Shown: positions 12,055 through 25,961 of the stretch, one piece after another | Position numbering within the stretch: the first letter of the stretch is position 1 | How the letters are laid out: every line of letters starts with the position of its first letter | Source of the DNA: Octopus bimaculoides | Lineage: Eukaryota | Assembly: GCF_001194135.2 (NCBI RefSeq) | Contig: NC_068985.1 | Location: 1,741,622 to 1,805,621, forward strand | Direction: 5' to 3' | Length of the DNA stretch: 64,000 nt | Made by a program: the position numbers and the translations under genes | Notes under the pieces: model-generated | The model's input: the letters and a program-made list of their open reading frames with translations, nothing else | The model's database searches: none | Told to the model about the DNA's origin: nothing

Positions 12055-12447
12055 ATCATCCTCCTCCTTATCATCATCATCATTGACCGTCCACTTTCCA
12101 TGCTGGCATGGGTTAGACAGTTTGACTGAAACTGGTAAGCAGGAGAGCTGCACCAGGTTTCAGTCTGATTTGGCATGGTTTCTACAGCTTGATGCTCTTC
12201 CTAATGCCAACCACTCCAAGAGTGTAATGGGTGCTTTCTTCACGCCACCAGCATGGGCACCATGTACATGACCTCAACAATCGCCACAACCACAGTTTCA
12301 CTTGACTTGGCAAGTCTTCTCTAGCACAGCATATCACAAAAGGTCTCAGTCATATGTCATCACCTCCATGAGGCTCAACATTTGAAGATCATGTTTCACC
12401 ACCTTGTCTCTCACCTCCATAAAGCCCAACATTCAAAGACCATGTTA
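12055..12447 (-). mobile_element. RTE 3' end including RT C-terminus
   Basis: 3' UTR motifs joined to KVVKHDLQMLSL...YAVLEKT on the minus strand. Confidence 0.85.
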
Positions 12448-12529
12448 TTGGTATGGTCAAAATTATGATTTCATATATATATAATTTAATAAGTAGGCCA
12501 CACCTGAGACAGAGGCAGGATGTTCATGT

Positions 12530-12960
12530 AGGAGTAACACAACATGTCCACTGAATGGCCACTGTAACATAGAGACTGTCATATATGAGGCATAGGTAAC
12601 AGCCATAGGACCAAATGGGCAACCAAACATGCGAAAGTATGCAGGAACAACTGAAGGTCCTTTAAGAACCTGTTTTAACAACCACAAGTCCTCCTTTAAC
12701 ATCTCAGAGAGATACAATGTCACAACCCTGATTAAGTACGTTTGATCTTTGAAAGAAAGTACCACTGAGTACAACATAAATGGGAAGATCCTGGAGAAAT
12801 GTAAACTGTACTTTAATAGCAACAGGAAGTGCAGGTTAGGCCTGGCTGAGGAAAGAACGATTTTAAAGAGCACTCAGCACTCAGGCATTTACTTGAATAG
12901 CAGAATTGAAGTGTTTAATCCTTGCCCACATGAAAGGAAGTACATCCTATCATACCTGCA
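12530..12960 (+). mobile_element. Penelope-like GIY-YIG endonuclease relic
   Basis: CPLNGHCNIETVIYEA*V...KYAGTTEGPLRTCFNNHKSSF...YV*SLKESTTEYNINGKILEKCKLY...CRLGLAEERTILK...LNSRIEVFNPCPHERKYIL; contains in-frame stops. Confidence 0.85.
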
Positions 12961-13809
12961 TATCATAATTACAATCATCATAATTACATGCCTTATCATA
13001 ATTACAATCGTCAGTCCCACAGCTTCAGCTTTTCGCCAATATTCTGGAGTCTGGCAATGATTTTAACCAGAGCATTCACCAATATACCCACATACAAACA
13101 TGTATGCCCCAACACAGTGCACACCTACCAAATAGACCATTTGCCACCACCTCCAATGTAAACTCAACCACACACATTGTCCTCTTACACACACTGCATG
13201 AACACATAAAGCCCCCACAACCTTAACCAATACAGAAAGAAAGCACACTAGTGAACATTGTAACGGACACCTACCTCCCCTGCAAAAGTTATGCAAATAG
13301 CACCACTGCACACATCCCCTTTCCACAAGAGCACCAGCCTGAAAGACGCACACAATCCTCACAAACACTTCATGGTGGCTCTTACCAACTTACAGCATAA
13401 CCCAGTGGAGAGGTGTCAGCTCCAAGCGACATAACTCTTAACTGAATCTCCTACTCAGCTCGTTTCATCATCCTTTCACATCAACTACAAACCAGATGTG
13501 TCTTTTCACCTCCAACAACAGAGAGCAGTTGCCATATTTCATGCCTTATCAGCTACCTCTGATGAGTACAGGGTTATATTATCGGATTGTTACCTAACAC
13601 TCCATCGCACTCCTAACGTGAAAGCAGCTAGTAAGATCAGCAGTGATGGATATATAATAGTGTACACTTCGAAACGCTGATATACGACCTACGTTGGACC
13701 CCTTATTTGCATAATCAGCGAACCTGAAGCTTAACTATGGTCTATCCATTGCACTTACTCAGCAAAACTTGACACCTCTGGGTCTCATTGACACCACTAC
13801 CGCTCATAA

Positions 13810-13862
<53 letters not shown>

Positions 13863-13908
13863 TTCAGCAAAAGCTGAATGCTCATACATTGTCTTCAATG
13901 GGAGAGTT

Positions 13909-13946
<38 letters not shown>

Positions 13947-13955
13947 CATAATTAT

Positions 13956-14321
13956 CATCATCATCATCATCATCTAGCATCCATGTTTCATATTGGCATG
14001 TTCCAGATGCTTTGACAGGATCAAATGTGTGAAAGGACTACATCATACTCCATTGTCTGTTTTGGCATGGTTTCTACAACTGGATACCATTCTTAATGCC
14101 TCCTTATTTCACATCATGTACTGGATGCTTTTTGGTGTCACCAGCACTGTTGAGGCTGCTATGCAGCTTACAAGACTATGAACTCCAAGGGAGTTAGGGT
14201 GGGGGTCAGTTTTATGCAGTAGGATGAGGGTTTAAAATTTGAAAGAATGGAGAGACAGAGCAGTTCCTTGTAGAAGAGCTGCATGGTAACTGACATTTAG
14301 TAGGGGAGAGAGAGAGAGAGA

Positions 14322-14379
<58 letters not shown>

Positions 14380-14390
14380 TCAGAAAGAGC
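13956..14390 (-). mobile_element. RTE 3'-end repeat variant with (GA)n-containing extension
   Basis: Family motifs; the extension is similar to 20460-20700. Confidence 0.7.
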
Positions 14391-15147
14391 TGAAAAGAGA
14401 TAGACAGGAGATGAAGTGTCCAGGTGGCCCCATAAGGGGACACTGGATTAATGCTTGGAAAACTTCCAAATTCTTAGAATCCAACTTCTTAATCAGAGTA
14501 ACAATAATTCCAAAGAACAAAAGTTAGTTATAAGGACTGTGTAGCTCAAGCATATAACGAATGGCACATGACGTACACATCCCCTCGTATCCTTTATATT
14601 AGTGATGGGTTAGTGATGGAATAGTAGAAAGAGTGAGATTAAAAAGTATTGTGTGATCAAGAACAATAAGGTCCACAGTAAATGAGAGCAGGAGAATAAA
14701 CGGAAGGAAAGAATAGAGCAAAGACAGCATAAAGAAAAATAAATAAAAAAATGTAGGGAAAGCCCGTAAAAAATGGAAAGGGTCATAAACTGCCGTATAG
14801 AATTAGACCAGTTGAGAAAGGTCATACGTTAGAAATTGAGGAAGATGGAATTAGGATGTAAAACATCTTCCAGAGTTCAATTCATTAAAAGGAAAAGAAT
14901 GAAAGAGAAATAATTTAGTCTTCGTCTTTAAGTGAATGGAAGAAGGTTCTTTGGTGGCCTAAATACAGAATAAGCATCCAAGCATGAAGGTTATTCAAGG
15001 CAGAAGGTGGGGGTAAATGTATAAAAAATAACCAAACAGTGAAGAACGGAAAGTAATGGGAAAAAGAAGAATAAAATGAAGGAATATAAAAAAAGAATAA
15101 AAGGAAGATTGGGGAAAGTAGAGGAAGGAAAGAAACTATGAAGTTAT

Positions 15148-15825
15148 GTCATCATCATCATCATCGTTTAACGTTCACTTTCCATGCTGGCATGGGTTGG
15201 ATGGTTTGACTGAGGACTGGCAAGCCTGAAGGATGACGATAAATATGATTCATCTATTTGAAGATTAAGATATTACGAGGATAAAGGGATTCTATAACTT
15301 TAATTAGGCCAAGTTTATAAGTAAAACAGATGAAGAAAGGTATATAGAAGAAGCTAAGATAAGAATATTAAGATAAAATATAGGTAATGGAATTAAAGAA
15401 TATTGATCTATGCCAAAAAGTAAATCATTATCATCATCATCATCGTTTAACGTCCGCTTTCCATGCTGGCATGGGTTGGACGGTTTGACTGAGGACTGGC
15501 AAGCCAGGAGGCTGCACCAGGCTTCAATCTGATCTGGCAAGGTTTCTACAGCTGGATGCCCTTCCTAACACCAGCCACTCTGAGAGTGTAGTGGGTGCTT
15601 TTTATGCACCACCGACATGAGGACCAGTCAGACGGTACTGGCATCGACTACACTTGAATGGTGCTTTTTATATGCCACCAGCATGGGAGCCAGTCAGGTA
15701 GCACTGGCAATGGCCACGTTTGTACTGTGCATTTTACATGCCACTGGTATGGGAGCCAGTCCGGTGGCCATGCTTAAATGATGCTTTTTATGTGCCAGTC
15801 AGGCAGTACTGGCATCAGCCACTTT
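15148..15825 (-). mobile_element. Two RTE 3'-end repeats (15148-15230 truncated; 15425-15825)
   Basis: catcatcgtttaacgtccgctttccatgctggcatggg motif; internal subunits at 15600-15825. Confidence 0.85.
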
Positions 15826-15849
15826 GAAAATATGATATCTATAGGATGT

Positions 15850-16600
15850 AATTGCATCCTGATGTCTGCTAAAGAGCTAATTCTGATTTACCAATAATTT
15901 TTCCAGAGATTCCCTAAAACGTGAATTGCATGTTGTGCAACCACCTTAGTAAGGTCTTCCAGCCCCCAAAACAAACCCTGTAATCTCATAGGAAAAATTC
16001 TCAGCCCTAAGGTAATGGATAGAATTTGCTAATACAGTGGATAATTTTGCCCTTAATATTAGTAAAGGAGCAAACATGAGCTGAGTATTGTCTTATGACA
16101 TCTCTGGAAGATCCAATGTCTATTTCAGTTGAAATTAGGTGCTTACTATAAAGAGTGCATCTGTAAACTACATTATATTGTAAGCATTGATTAGCCCAAG
16201 GGCCCTGGGGACAATTACTGGGTACTAAATAATTACAATTTTTCATATCACTTATTAAACAACCATTAGAAATAGTGTTCTATTACTATTCCAGTTCATC
16301 ACAGTATTTAACATTATCAATACTATTAATGCTATTATTATTGTCATTAAATGTATTAGATGGATGCCATTTTGGCACTCCTTCCTGCAGAGCCTAGGGC
16401 TTACATTTAAACAGATATCATATTCGTTCGTAATATTGTTTTCTACTTGTTTGATGTGTATAACTTCTTCAGTATGCATGCCTCTTTGCGTAATACTCAT
16501 TACTGCATCAACCAGTTGCTGAACTTTTGAAACAGCTGTAAAGAAGTATCTAGGAATATTTTCGTTTTTGTAGTTATGTTTATGGTTATGTTTATATAAC
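15850..16600 (-). mobile_element. Penelope-like GIY-YIG relic
   Basis: CNYLVPSNCPQGPWANQCLQYNVVYRC, followed by PY*GGCTTC...EKLL...RH. Confidence 0.7.
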
Positions 16601-16654
16601 ATCTTTTGTAAACAATATGAAATATATAATACCATATGTATGTATTTGTCCATT

Positions 16655-16702
<48 letters not shown>

Positions 16703-16989
16703 ATGCGTGTGTGTGTATTACAACAAAAATTTTTATTTTGGACATAGAGTTACCAAAGGTTTCGTATTCAAGAAAGCCAAAGCCTTGTGGACAGCTCGTC
16801 AGACGCTATACAAAGATAACATTTTAACTTTCTACGTTGCTGACATGAGAAAATGCTCAGAAATTGAGATTTAAGTCTTAACATATAAAAATGTTAATGA
16901 GGACGAGTTGTCTCCCCTGAACCAGAAGATTTTTTAAAAAAACCCTTATAGACCCAAAAAAGCCTCACCAACAAATGGGGGGGATCCAA

Positions 16990-17690
16990 TTTTCCAGTAG
17001 GTAGCACTTGAAGAAGATAGTCATAAAGAAGTTTTCTTTAAATGTATTTCACGTGCCAGATTTAGTATAATCCTTAAGAATTTTCACTCTCTCTGCGATG
17101 AAGATTTTGCAACAGCTACTCCCATTACTATATGGGCCTGGATGATCTATTATTTTCCATATGATATGACATGGGGTCCCCTGATCTTTGAGGTGCCACA
17201 CATGGCTGGCTATGGATGTGACAAACCATCTTTCTGGGACTCTGAAGGCTGACTGGTGGTTGCAGAAGTGACGCTTGAAAGATGTACTGGCCAACCCAAT
17301 ATATTTACAAACTTGGGATATGGTTACATTCGCATTCCTGGTGTATCTCTGATAGGCTTCGGGCCTGGGGATGCAGTTGGTAACATCGTTGCTGATGCAG
17401 TCGATATGGTACAATGATCTGGTGATGTTATCACCATGGTTATCACTACTGGTCAAATGGCTGGCGATGTAGCTACTAGTGTAGGTGTGGCTGGCGGGAA
17501 CATGTAGTGCAGGGTCAGTCATCCATCGGTGTCAATGATAATTGTTTGGTCATCATCTGTGGTGGTGGTACTGGGAACAGTGGATACCTCCTCTGTGTTG
17601 CTGGTCCTGGATTGGTCATCATCTCTAAGTGTAGCCATTGAACTGGTGGTAACATATGGTGCAGGGTTGGTCATTCTATCTGTGTCTACT
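16990..17690 (-). mobile_element. Penelope-like GIY-YIG relic
   Basis: KYIGLASTSFKRHFCNHQSAF...SIASHVWHLKDQGTPCHIIWKIIDHPGPYSNGSSCCKIFIAERVKILK. Confidence 0.85.
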
Positions 17691-18292
17691 GGCACCTCTT
17701 GATGCAACTGTCCTCATTCATACGCATTACATGACCCAACCAGCACAGTCTTCTCTCTTACATTCTACACCTGAGGCCATGTATACCCAGTTTTCCCCTC
17801 AAATCACTTACACTCTCTCATATAAGCACACTGACATTGTCCACCCAGTGAAGCAAACTGGCTTCATTTCTTTCAAGCGTTTGCATATCCTCAGTAGTCA
17901 CAGACCATGTCTCACTGCCATGTAGCATAGCTGTTTGTATTCAAGCATCATACAATCTGCCTCTCACTCTGAGGAAGAGGCCCTGCATTGCTCACAGAGG
18001 TAGTAGCTCTCTGAACTTCACCCAACCTGTTCTTATTCAAGCAGCTATGCTTTCAGAACAACCGCCCTCACTTGGTTACCTAAGTATCAGAAACTGTCTA
18101 CTACTTCTAGGGATTTCCTGCTTATCAATACATTGGTCTTTGCTAAATTAATTCTAAGGCCCTTTGATTCCAGAATTTGCTTCCTTACCTAAAATTTCTT
18201 CTCCAGTTCTGGTAGTGATTCATCAATAGGAACAAGACCATCACCATAGAGGAGCTCCCAGGGGCAGCCAGTCTTAAATTCCTCAGTTATAG
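17690..18292 (-). mobile_element. RTE LINE RT fragment
   Basis: [18 protein letters not shown]...ELEKKF...LESKGLRINLAKT, then AMLHGSETWSVTTEDMQTLERNEAS. Confidence 0.9.
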
Positions 18293-18319
18293 CCTGTATA
18301 TAATTGTACAAATAGATAA

Positions 18320-18672
<353 letters not shown>

Positions 18673-18959
18673 TTAACTGAAAACTATTACCAACTTTCGA
18701 CATTCGCATATTGTGTTAGTTTAAATGTTTAAAATCTTAAACATGATTTATGTCTTGTACATTGTACGATTTTGGTGCAGATGTTTACGTAGCTTCTGTA
18801 ATGGAGAATCTTATTAACTTTCAAATTAATACATAGCTTGGGTATGTGGTAGATGGCTGGAAGCTTAGATCATATGATAACATTCAGCTAATAACACTGA
18901 ATATATTACTCATGTGTACATTTATTCCTCCATTCGCTGTGATGGCTCCTGTGAGTATA

Positions 18960-19018
<59 letters not shown>

Positions 19019-19119
19019 NNNNNNNNNNNNNNNNNNNNNNNNNNNNNNNNNNNNNNNNNNNNNNNNNNNNNNNNNNNNNNNNNNNNNNNNNNNNNNNNNN
19101 NNNNNNNNNNNNNNNNNNN

Positions 19120-19182
<63 letters not shown>

Positions 19183-19229
19183 TATAAACATATGCATCCA
19201 AGTATACACTCAACTACCACATACATACA

Positions 19230-19262
<33 letters not shown>

Positions 19263-20214
19263 TATGCATACATACACACATGTACAAGGTGCATCAGGAA
19301 ACCCAGGAACAAAACAGATGCAAGATTAATCTGAATCACTAAAGAAGTGAAACAACATACTCCCAGAAAATGGCAGATACCTTTGGCACATGAGAAGAAA
19401 CATGGTTATTCCAAAACTCTCTCAGCCTCATTAGCTTCCCTAATGCAACAATGGAAGGGAGTTGCTGAATCAGGTAACCCCGGTGCATATCAGTCATCAC
19501 ATTTGTGGCATCAGCTTTAACAAATCCTTGACTCCATAAACATCCAACCAATTCCCACTTTAGATGCAGCAGCCCAGGTTATTTGAACAAAGACAGTTAA
19601 TAGGCCACATGTTGCAGTCACATGATCATAAAAATTCTTAATCAGACACTTTTGTGATACATGAGCCATGTGAGAGAGAGAGGGAGAGAGAGAGCAGAGT
19701 GTTGGAAGATGCAGGGTCCTCTTGCTTCAAACACTTGAACAAAGATTTGACCATGTCCAAGGCCTCTGTGCAAGTAGTGGCATTGACCAAGGAACTCTGT
19801 GAGAAGTAAGGTGGCATGACCATAGTCTGTATTATTGAGGATTATAAGAAATGATAGAAGCTTCATTTACATATTGTCAGCATTTCTGTGGGGTTCCATG
19901 CCAAGTCACATGTTGCACCTCCCTTTGACCTCCTGGTTGAAATCCTTAGCATTAGAGAAGCACCAAACCTTTTGACCAGGCCACATGGTTTTCTTAGGTC
20001 TTGTGGGAGTTGAACAATCCTTTCTTCCCATGTGCATGATGGCCTCATACTCCACACATATAATAGTGAACACCAGCCCCTCGAGCTGTTCGGAAATGGC
20101 TCTTCTCAACCCACTACTTTTGTCATTTAGGATGTCCTCAATTTGTAACACCTTTGTGAGAGTAAAATTCCAGAAAGAAACTTAGTTTCCCATCATACTT
20201 TACAGGAATTTTGC

Positions 20215-20249
20215 TACATATCCATCATCATCGTCGTCGTCGTCGTCGC

Positions 20250-20294
<45 letters not shown>

Positions 20295-20700
20295 GGCATA
20301 GGTTGAACAGTTTGAGAGGAGCTGGCCAAGCGGGAGCCTGCACCAGACTTCTGTATTTGCTTTAGCAGGATTTTTATGGCTGGATGCCCTTCCTAATGCC
20401 AACCACTTTACAAGTGTGGACTGGATGCTTTTTACATAGCACCAGCCCTGGCAGGGTCACCAAGTGACTTGCAAGACAATGATTCTTTGAGAGAGAAAGG
20501 GGAATTGGAGGTGATCTTGCACCGGATGATGGAAGTTTAGAGTGTGACAGAGAGAGAGAGAAACAGGTGTCTTGCTGTAGAAGTGATTCATGATTACCTG
20601 GTCAGAGGGAGAGAGAGAGAGAGAGAGAGAGAGAAAGAAAATGAGAGAGAGAGAGAAGATTGAGGCCAGTATCAGGTGTGTTGCTATAGAAGAGGTACAT
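20215..20700 (-). mobile_element. RTE 3'-end repeat variant
   Basis: (cat)n tail, family motifs and (GA)n extension. Confidence 0.8.
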
Positions 20701-20789
20701 GGTTACCCAGCAAGAGGATGAGAGAGAGAGTGGAAGAGAGCAGGAGAGAAATGGTGGTGAAGTGCCAGGGCATGCTCACAAGGATCAGG

Positions 20790-22030
20790 TGTCAGAAATA
20801 AATGGAATCGTAGAGAAGAGCCAGGGAGAGATATGTGGTGGCAACATGGAAGGGCATGCCCTCAAGATATGGAGTCAGAATATAAATGGTAGAGTATTGC
20901 CAAGGTGAATGAATAGGGAGTGGAAACTTCACGTGAATGTAAGGAGTAGGGGGTGGTAGGCAGTGACTGGTAAAACCTGGGCATATCGAGGGCGTGGGGG
21001 ACAACAAGATATTAATGATACAGTGGGGACAAGATTGGGGGGGGAAAAGATATTGCAACAACAAAACTTTAGCTACATTTAGCATGATGAGAGTTTAAAG
21101 CTGCAAAAACCCATTGTTCTGTGATTCTATAGCTTTTAGTGGATGTCATTGCTTGTCCAGCCCTGCCAACAAAAAGGAAATGGTGTGAGAAAAAAGCTCT
21201 TGTAATGGAAAAAGATATTATGGGAACAAAAGAAGGGATAGGTGTGGTGTTAAATATGTAGGCTTGAATGGATAGTTACGGAACAAATGGTAGGGTAGAT
21301 ATCATTACCAAAGAATTTTTTCATATTGAAGACAAGGGTTGAGGGGTGAAGGCTGAGGAAATGAAGCTCAAATCCATGATGAGTGGGAGAAGCAGCAGAG
21401 CAAAGAAAACTATCAAGGAATGTGTTGTGAAAAATGGTATCAACCGGGTTATGATTCCTTCTGAAGATGGTGTATGATGTGTTTTCATCACTTACCAATA
21501 TCAAATGGTAAGGTTGAAGTGACTCTGTTCATTGTTGATGGTGTGGTACATGTTCTAGTAGCAGACACGTCATCCTCTGTAAGGTATGTCTGCAGCACAA
21601 CCAAATCTTTGGAACCTTTGTTGCTACACAAAAGCAACAATGGAGCAGAAACATGACAATGAGATTCAACAGCAAGTTGCAGCAACCATCTTGTTTTCCC
21701 GAAGGATGATCTGAAAGAGCAATAGAGGGGCAGAAACAGAAGAAATCACAGCCAGATTTCTGTATTGGGAGGTTTTGTTGAATTTAAAGAAACTACTCGT
21801 ATTTGCCAGCCATGTTGCAATAACAAAAGGAAGACAATGTGAGCTGACAGCAAAGCCTGACTTGTAAGAAAGAGCTGATGACTTGAGTTGATGGTCCCTT
21901 AAGAGAGTAATACGAAGTGGGTGCATAAAAGAGCCTAAAATATGAAGGACTTGAGGGGGTAATGAGAAAATGCCACAAAGCACCAGCAGAGGGGTCAATA
22001 CTATCAAAAGATGGCAAGTTCAACATATGT
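20790..22030 (-). mobile_element. Penelope-like RT plus GIY-YIG relic, heavily decayed
   Basis: FLSLHPSTLVFNMKK matches the PLE RT motif N.LHPS.KFT.EKE; TPSICPGF...PYIHV resembles the linker Cys region. Confidence 0.55.
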
Positions 22031-22061
22031 GCCAATCAAGTGGAAGGGTGCAGTGCAAGAT

Positions 22062-22270
22062 CATCATCATCATCATCATCATTGCTTAACGTCCGCTTTC
22101 CATGCTGGCATGGGTTGGACGGTTTGATTGAGGACTGGCAAGCCAGGAGGCTGCACCAGGCTCCAATCTGATCTGGCAAGGTTTCTAACACCAACTACAC
22201 TGAGAGTGTAGTGGGTGATTTTTACATGCCATAAGCACAGGGACCTGTCAAGCAACACTGGCATGTACAA
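22062..22270 (-). mobile_element. RTE 3'-end repeat
   Basis: Family motifs. Confidence 0.85.
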
Positions 22271-22543
22271 CATATATATAAATATATATTTCTTATTCTT
22301 ATATACTATCTATTTGTTATTCTTAAACAAGAATATTATTAACAGTGACTTCAAAGTTCCAGCCAGTTAAGTCATCATTGGACTGTGATGTGTTGAGGTT
22401 AATGTTGGCTTTCTATAGTCTGTTGAATTAAAATCTTCCTTGGGTGGAATGGGAACTAGGTTTTAGGATGAGTTGTTGTGGAAAGGTGTTTTGTAGAATT
22501 TTTTATTGCTTAAATATATTTACATACATAGGTACATACATAG

Positions 22544-22591
<48 letters not shown>

Positions 22592-24394
22592 NNNNNNNNN
22601 NATCATCCTCATCATCATCATCATCATATATATATATATATATTGTACATGTAAATAAAAAGAAAAAGAAGGAAGATCATATTCATCTGTATATAATATA
22701 TACTTCTGAACTACTGTAATGTGTATCTAAAGTTCATTTATTATAGTGAACAACGTTAAACTTGTGTTAATGCCATTTAGCTGAAGTAGTAGAAATATGG
22801 AGACCATTTTAATTTAATGTATTACCACTGGTCTAGATGAAAAATGGCATAAGCAGGTGCAAGCAGAATGTAGAAATAAAGGTGAGTAGATAATATATTG
22901 CCATAGGAACTTTTGAATAATTAATAGATCTGAGTTATGATATTGCTAATATGATGTAGGTAGAATAAAAGACAAAAATAATAACTTATAGTTGGCTTGA
23001 GTTGACTAAAATTTACCAACATGAAGATATATGTGTGCGTGTGTATATATATATATATATATAAATATATATATATGTACACACACATATAAGCATAATT
23101 GCTTTCGCTTATATGTAAAAACAAATAAACATTCACTGAATAAAGGATTCCTTAACAGAACTGTATTCTTATTTCTAAGAATTGCTTGTAACTTCAGAGT
23201 TTCACCAAAACTGGTTTTCTGAGCAGTTTGAAATTTTGAAGTCATTGGTATTCTATGTATGTATGTATGTGCAAACATAGATGGATAGTTAGATAAATAG
23301 ATAGAGAGACAGAGAGACCGACAAAGAGATAGATAGATATGTATACATACATACGTACATATATACATAGATACACACATATGTGTATGTATGTGTTATT
23401 CATTCTTAAATACGGACAACAGTATTCATACTCCTACACACACAGTTAATTTTGCATCAGAAATCATAACCCAACCCACTAAACATTTAATACCAATATT
23501 CTTGATAAACACCAACCAATCACATTCAAGTGTTCCTCCCTGAAACCAGCCTACTGCTTCTTACTCATCTTGGTTTCTTGAAATTCTCTAGCTCTATCTA
23601 AATAGACATTTAATGAGCGCTATTCTTCATATATGTTCATCTAATCACAAACACATTAACTCTTTCTCTTAATAAAAACTGTGTGTGAAAGTTCAAGCTT
23701 GCCTTTCTTCCCTGAACCTAAGAACTGTAATATTCTAATTGCTTTCCTTTTCTAATTAGAAGATCTCAACAAATAAATTGGTCTACAGATTTTCCACTGA
23801 TGAAATAGCTTACCTTAAATTATATACTTTTATGATATTAAGTGATCGGCTGATTTGATTTGATTCTTTTTAATAGAGAAAGATCTGGTCTCCAACGCAG
23901 ACACAAAACTTCTTCATTAGAATTTAGACTGTCACCGAGGTAGTCACCTATGGGTCTGTATACCTAGTCATGTATGTATATTAGAGTATGTATATATCTG
24001 TGCATACACACATGCACATGCACATACACACACACATATCTGTAATCTTGGATTTCATTGCATGTACAAAGCTGTATGCTATGTCTTAGGGATGTTTATT
24101 CCTGTGTCTTATGCTCTTATAACTTGCTAAATGTCTGGAATGTTTTAAATATCTTCACAGTTCCATTAATGGTTTGTAAGTATAGCTACCTAGTTAGCCC
24201 TGTCACTTTTGATTTTGTGAAACCCAGCAGCTCAAGGCTGGAGTTACATACTCAAATACCCCAATAATTTCAGGTATAAATCTAAAGCTATCATTCAGGT
24301 CTTATTTGTGCAAATGTTTCATTAGTATAACACAAATCTTTTCTTTTTCATTTAACCTTAAAATCATGCTGACACCAGAAGAGAAAGGGATTTC

Positions 24395-24790
24395 TCTTAC
24401 CAGACCCGTTTTTTTTCTGTGTCCCAGATCATTGTACTTGGTCTCCTACATTTACAGCGGTTTAAAAAGAAATATTTGCCTAGTATTCTTTCATATTAGG
24501 AATGATCCTCCACATTACTTTTCCTTTTTATATTCTGATCTTCAGGACTCATTTCAACAGATTGCTTTTTCCATGGCATCATATCTCATAAGTAATTGGT
24601 ATCCTGATGGCATTTTCAGACAGTTGTATAAGACATCACTGACATCTTTGATTTTAATTCAATAAGGTCGCCACCATTGTGCATCAGTTACTTTGTTGTT
24701 ATTTCTTGTTCCTGTATTCCAAAAGCAAGCCCTTCAAAGTGAGAGCGAATATTCCAGTTGTTGGTCCAACATAGATAATCTATATTACTA
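24395..24790 (-). mobile_element. RLE-type (R4/Dong-like) LINE C-terminal relic
   Basis: FEGLAFGIQEQEITTK matches the TEG.I.AIQDQVI.T motif that precedes the CCHC finger; contains stops and frameshifts. Confidence 0.55.
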
Positions 24791-24835
24791 TCACTTTGAA
24801 GCATCTGACATTATTGCCCTGTATAACCAGCTTCT

Positions 24836-25070
24836 TATTTCTTTATTGCCCACAAGGGGCTACATACAGAGGAGACAAACAAGGATAGACAAACAGATTA
24901 AGTCGATTACATTGACCCCAGTGCATAACTGGTACTTATTTAATCGACCCCGAAGGGATGAAAGGCAAAGTCAACCTCGGCGGAATTTGAACTCAGAACG
25001 TATCGGCAGACGAAATACCGCTAAGCATTTCACCCGACGTTGCTAACGTTTCTGCCAGCTCGCTGCCTTT
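24836..25070 (-). mobile_element. tRNA-derived SINE, family A (full length, 14-bp TSD)
   Basis: B-box-like gttcaaattc; body cgaccccgaagggatgaaaggc; TSD tataaccagcttct at 24822-24835 and 25071-25084. Confidence 0.9.
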
Positions 25071-25086
25071 TATAACCAGCTTCTGA

Positions 25087-25230
25087 TACATGAGGTCTGA
25101 TCAAAAAGTATTGGTGCTATGGTAACAGAGCTAAACTATGCAGAGTGAAGCCGCTTGGTACAGATTGACCTTCAACTCTGTCACACATGCACACGACATT
25201 ATGATGTTCCATAGCTTTCACTGGGTACCC
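25087..25230 (+). mobile_element. Mariner-like terminus relic
   Basis: ta-catgaggtctgatcaaaaagta resembles the mariner TIR tacgagg...tcaaaaagt. Confidence 0.45.
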
Positions 25231-25234
25231 TATG

Positions 25235-25905
25235 TGAAGTTCCTGCCTACATCATTCCTACAAATCGAACAGGGCCAGGTACCTGAGGATGGGGTAGGGT
25301 CCTGTCAATTTCCTTGCTTACTAGGACCTTAGTCTTTTCTAAGTTAACCTTAAGGCCCTTAGATTCCAGGTTTTGCTTCCACACCTGGAATTTTTTGTCT
25401 AGCTCTAATATAGAATCTGTTATGAGGGCAGGATCATCAGCATATAGTAGTTCCCAGGGGCTTCCAGTCTTGAATTCCTGTTATGGTCTGGAGGACAATG
25501 ACGAAAAGGAGGGCACTAAGGACTGAGCCTTGATGAACCCCTACCTGCATACCAATGTCTACCTTATCGTACAACAGGGTACTCTACCAAAGGCTTTCTC
25601 CAGATCTCCAGGTATAATGGCTTATTCTTAGCTAAGTATTTGTTTTTGTATTTGCCTGACTATGAGAAATTAATTGGGCAATAACTCTCTCCATAATCAT
25701 CACCCTGTCCAGGAGTTCAATGCCGTTATAATTGCTTCTATCTGACGCATCACCCTTACCCTTGTAGCAGCTAACAATTATGCTACTACACCAGTCACTG
25801 GCTATAACATCTTCTTGAATGGCCTGATTAACTATGTGGGTAATCAACCCGTATCCTATCTTATTGCATATTTTGGGCATTTCAGCTGTGATTCTGGATT
25901 GACCA
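25235..25905 (-). mobile_element. RTE LINE RT fragment
   Basis: DWCSSIIVSCYKGKGDASDRSNYNGIELLD; downstream WELLYADDP...LESKGLKVNL. Confidence 0.9.
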
Positions 25906-25961
25906 TATAAACATCAGACAATGAGAATGAGTGCCTAACACTGCATTTGTGGATAAAGATT

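Noticed and set aside
13550-13690. CTGATGAG...GAAA as a hammerhead
   Set aside because: Stems II and III cannot be closed next to either GAAA; at best a decayed PLE terminus.
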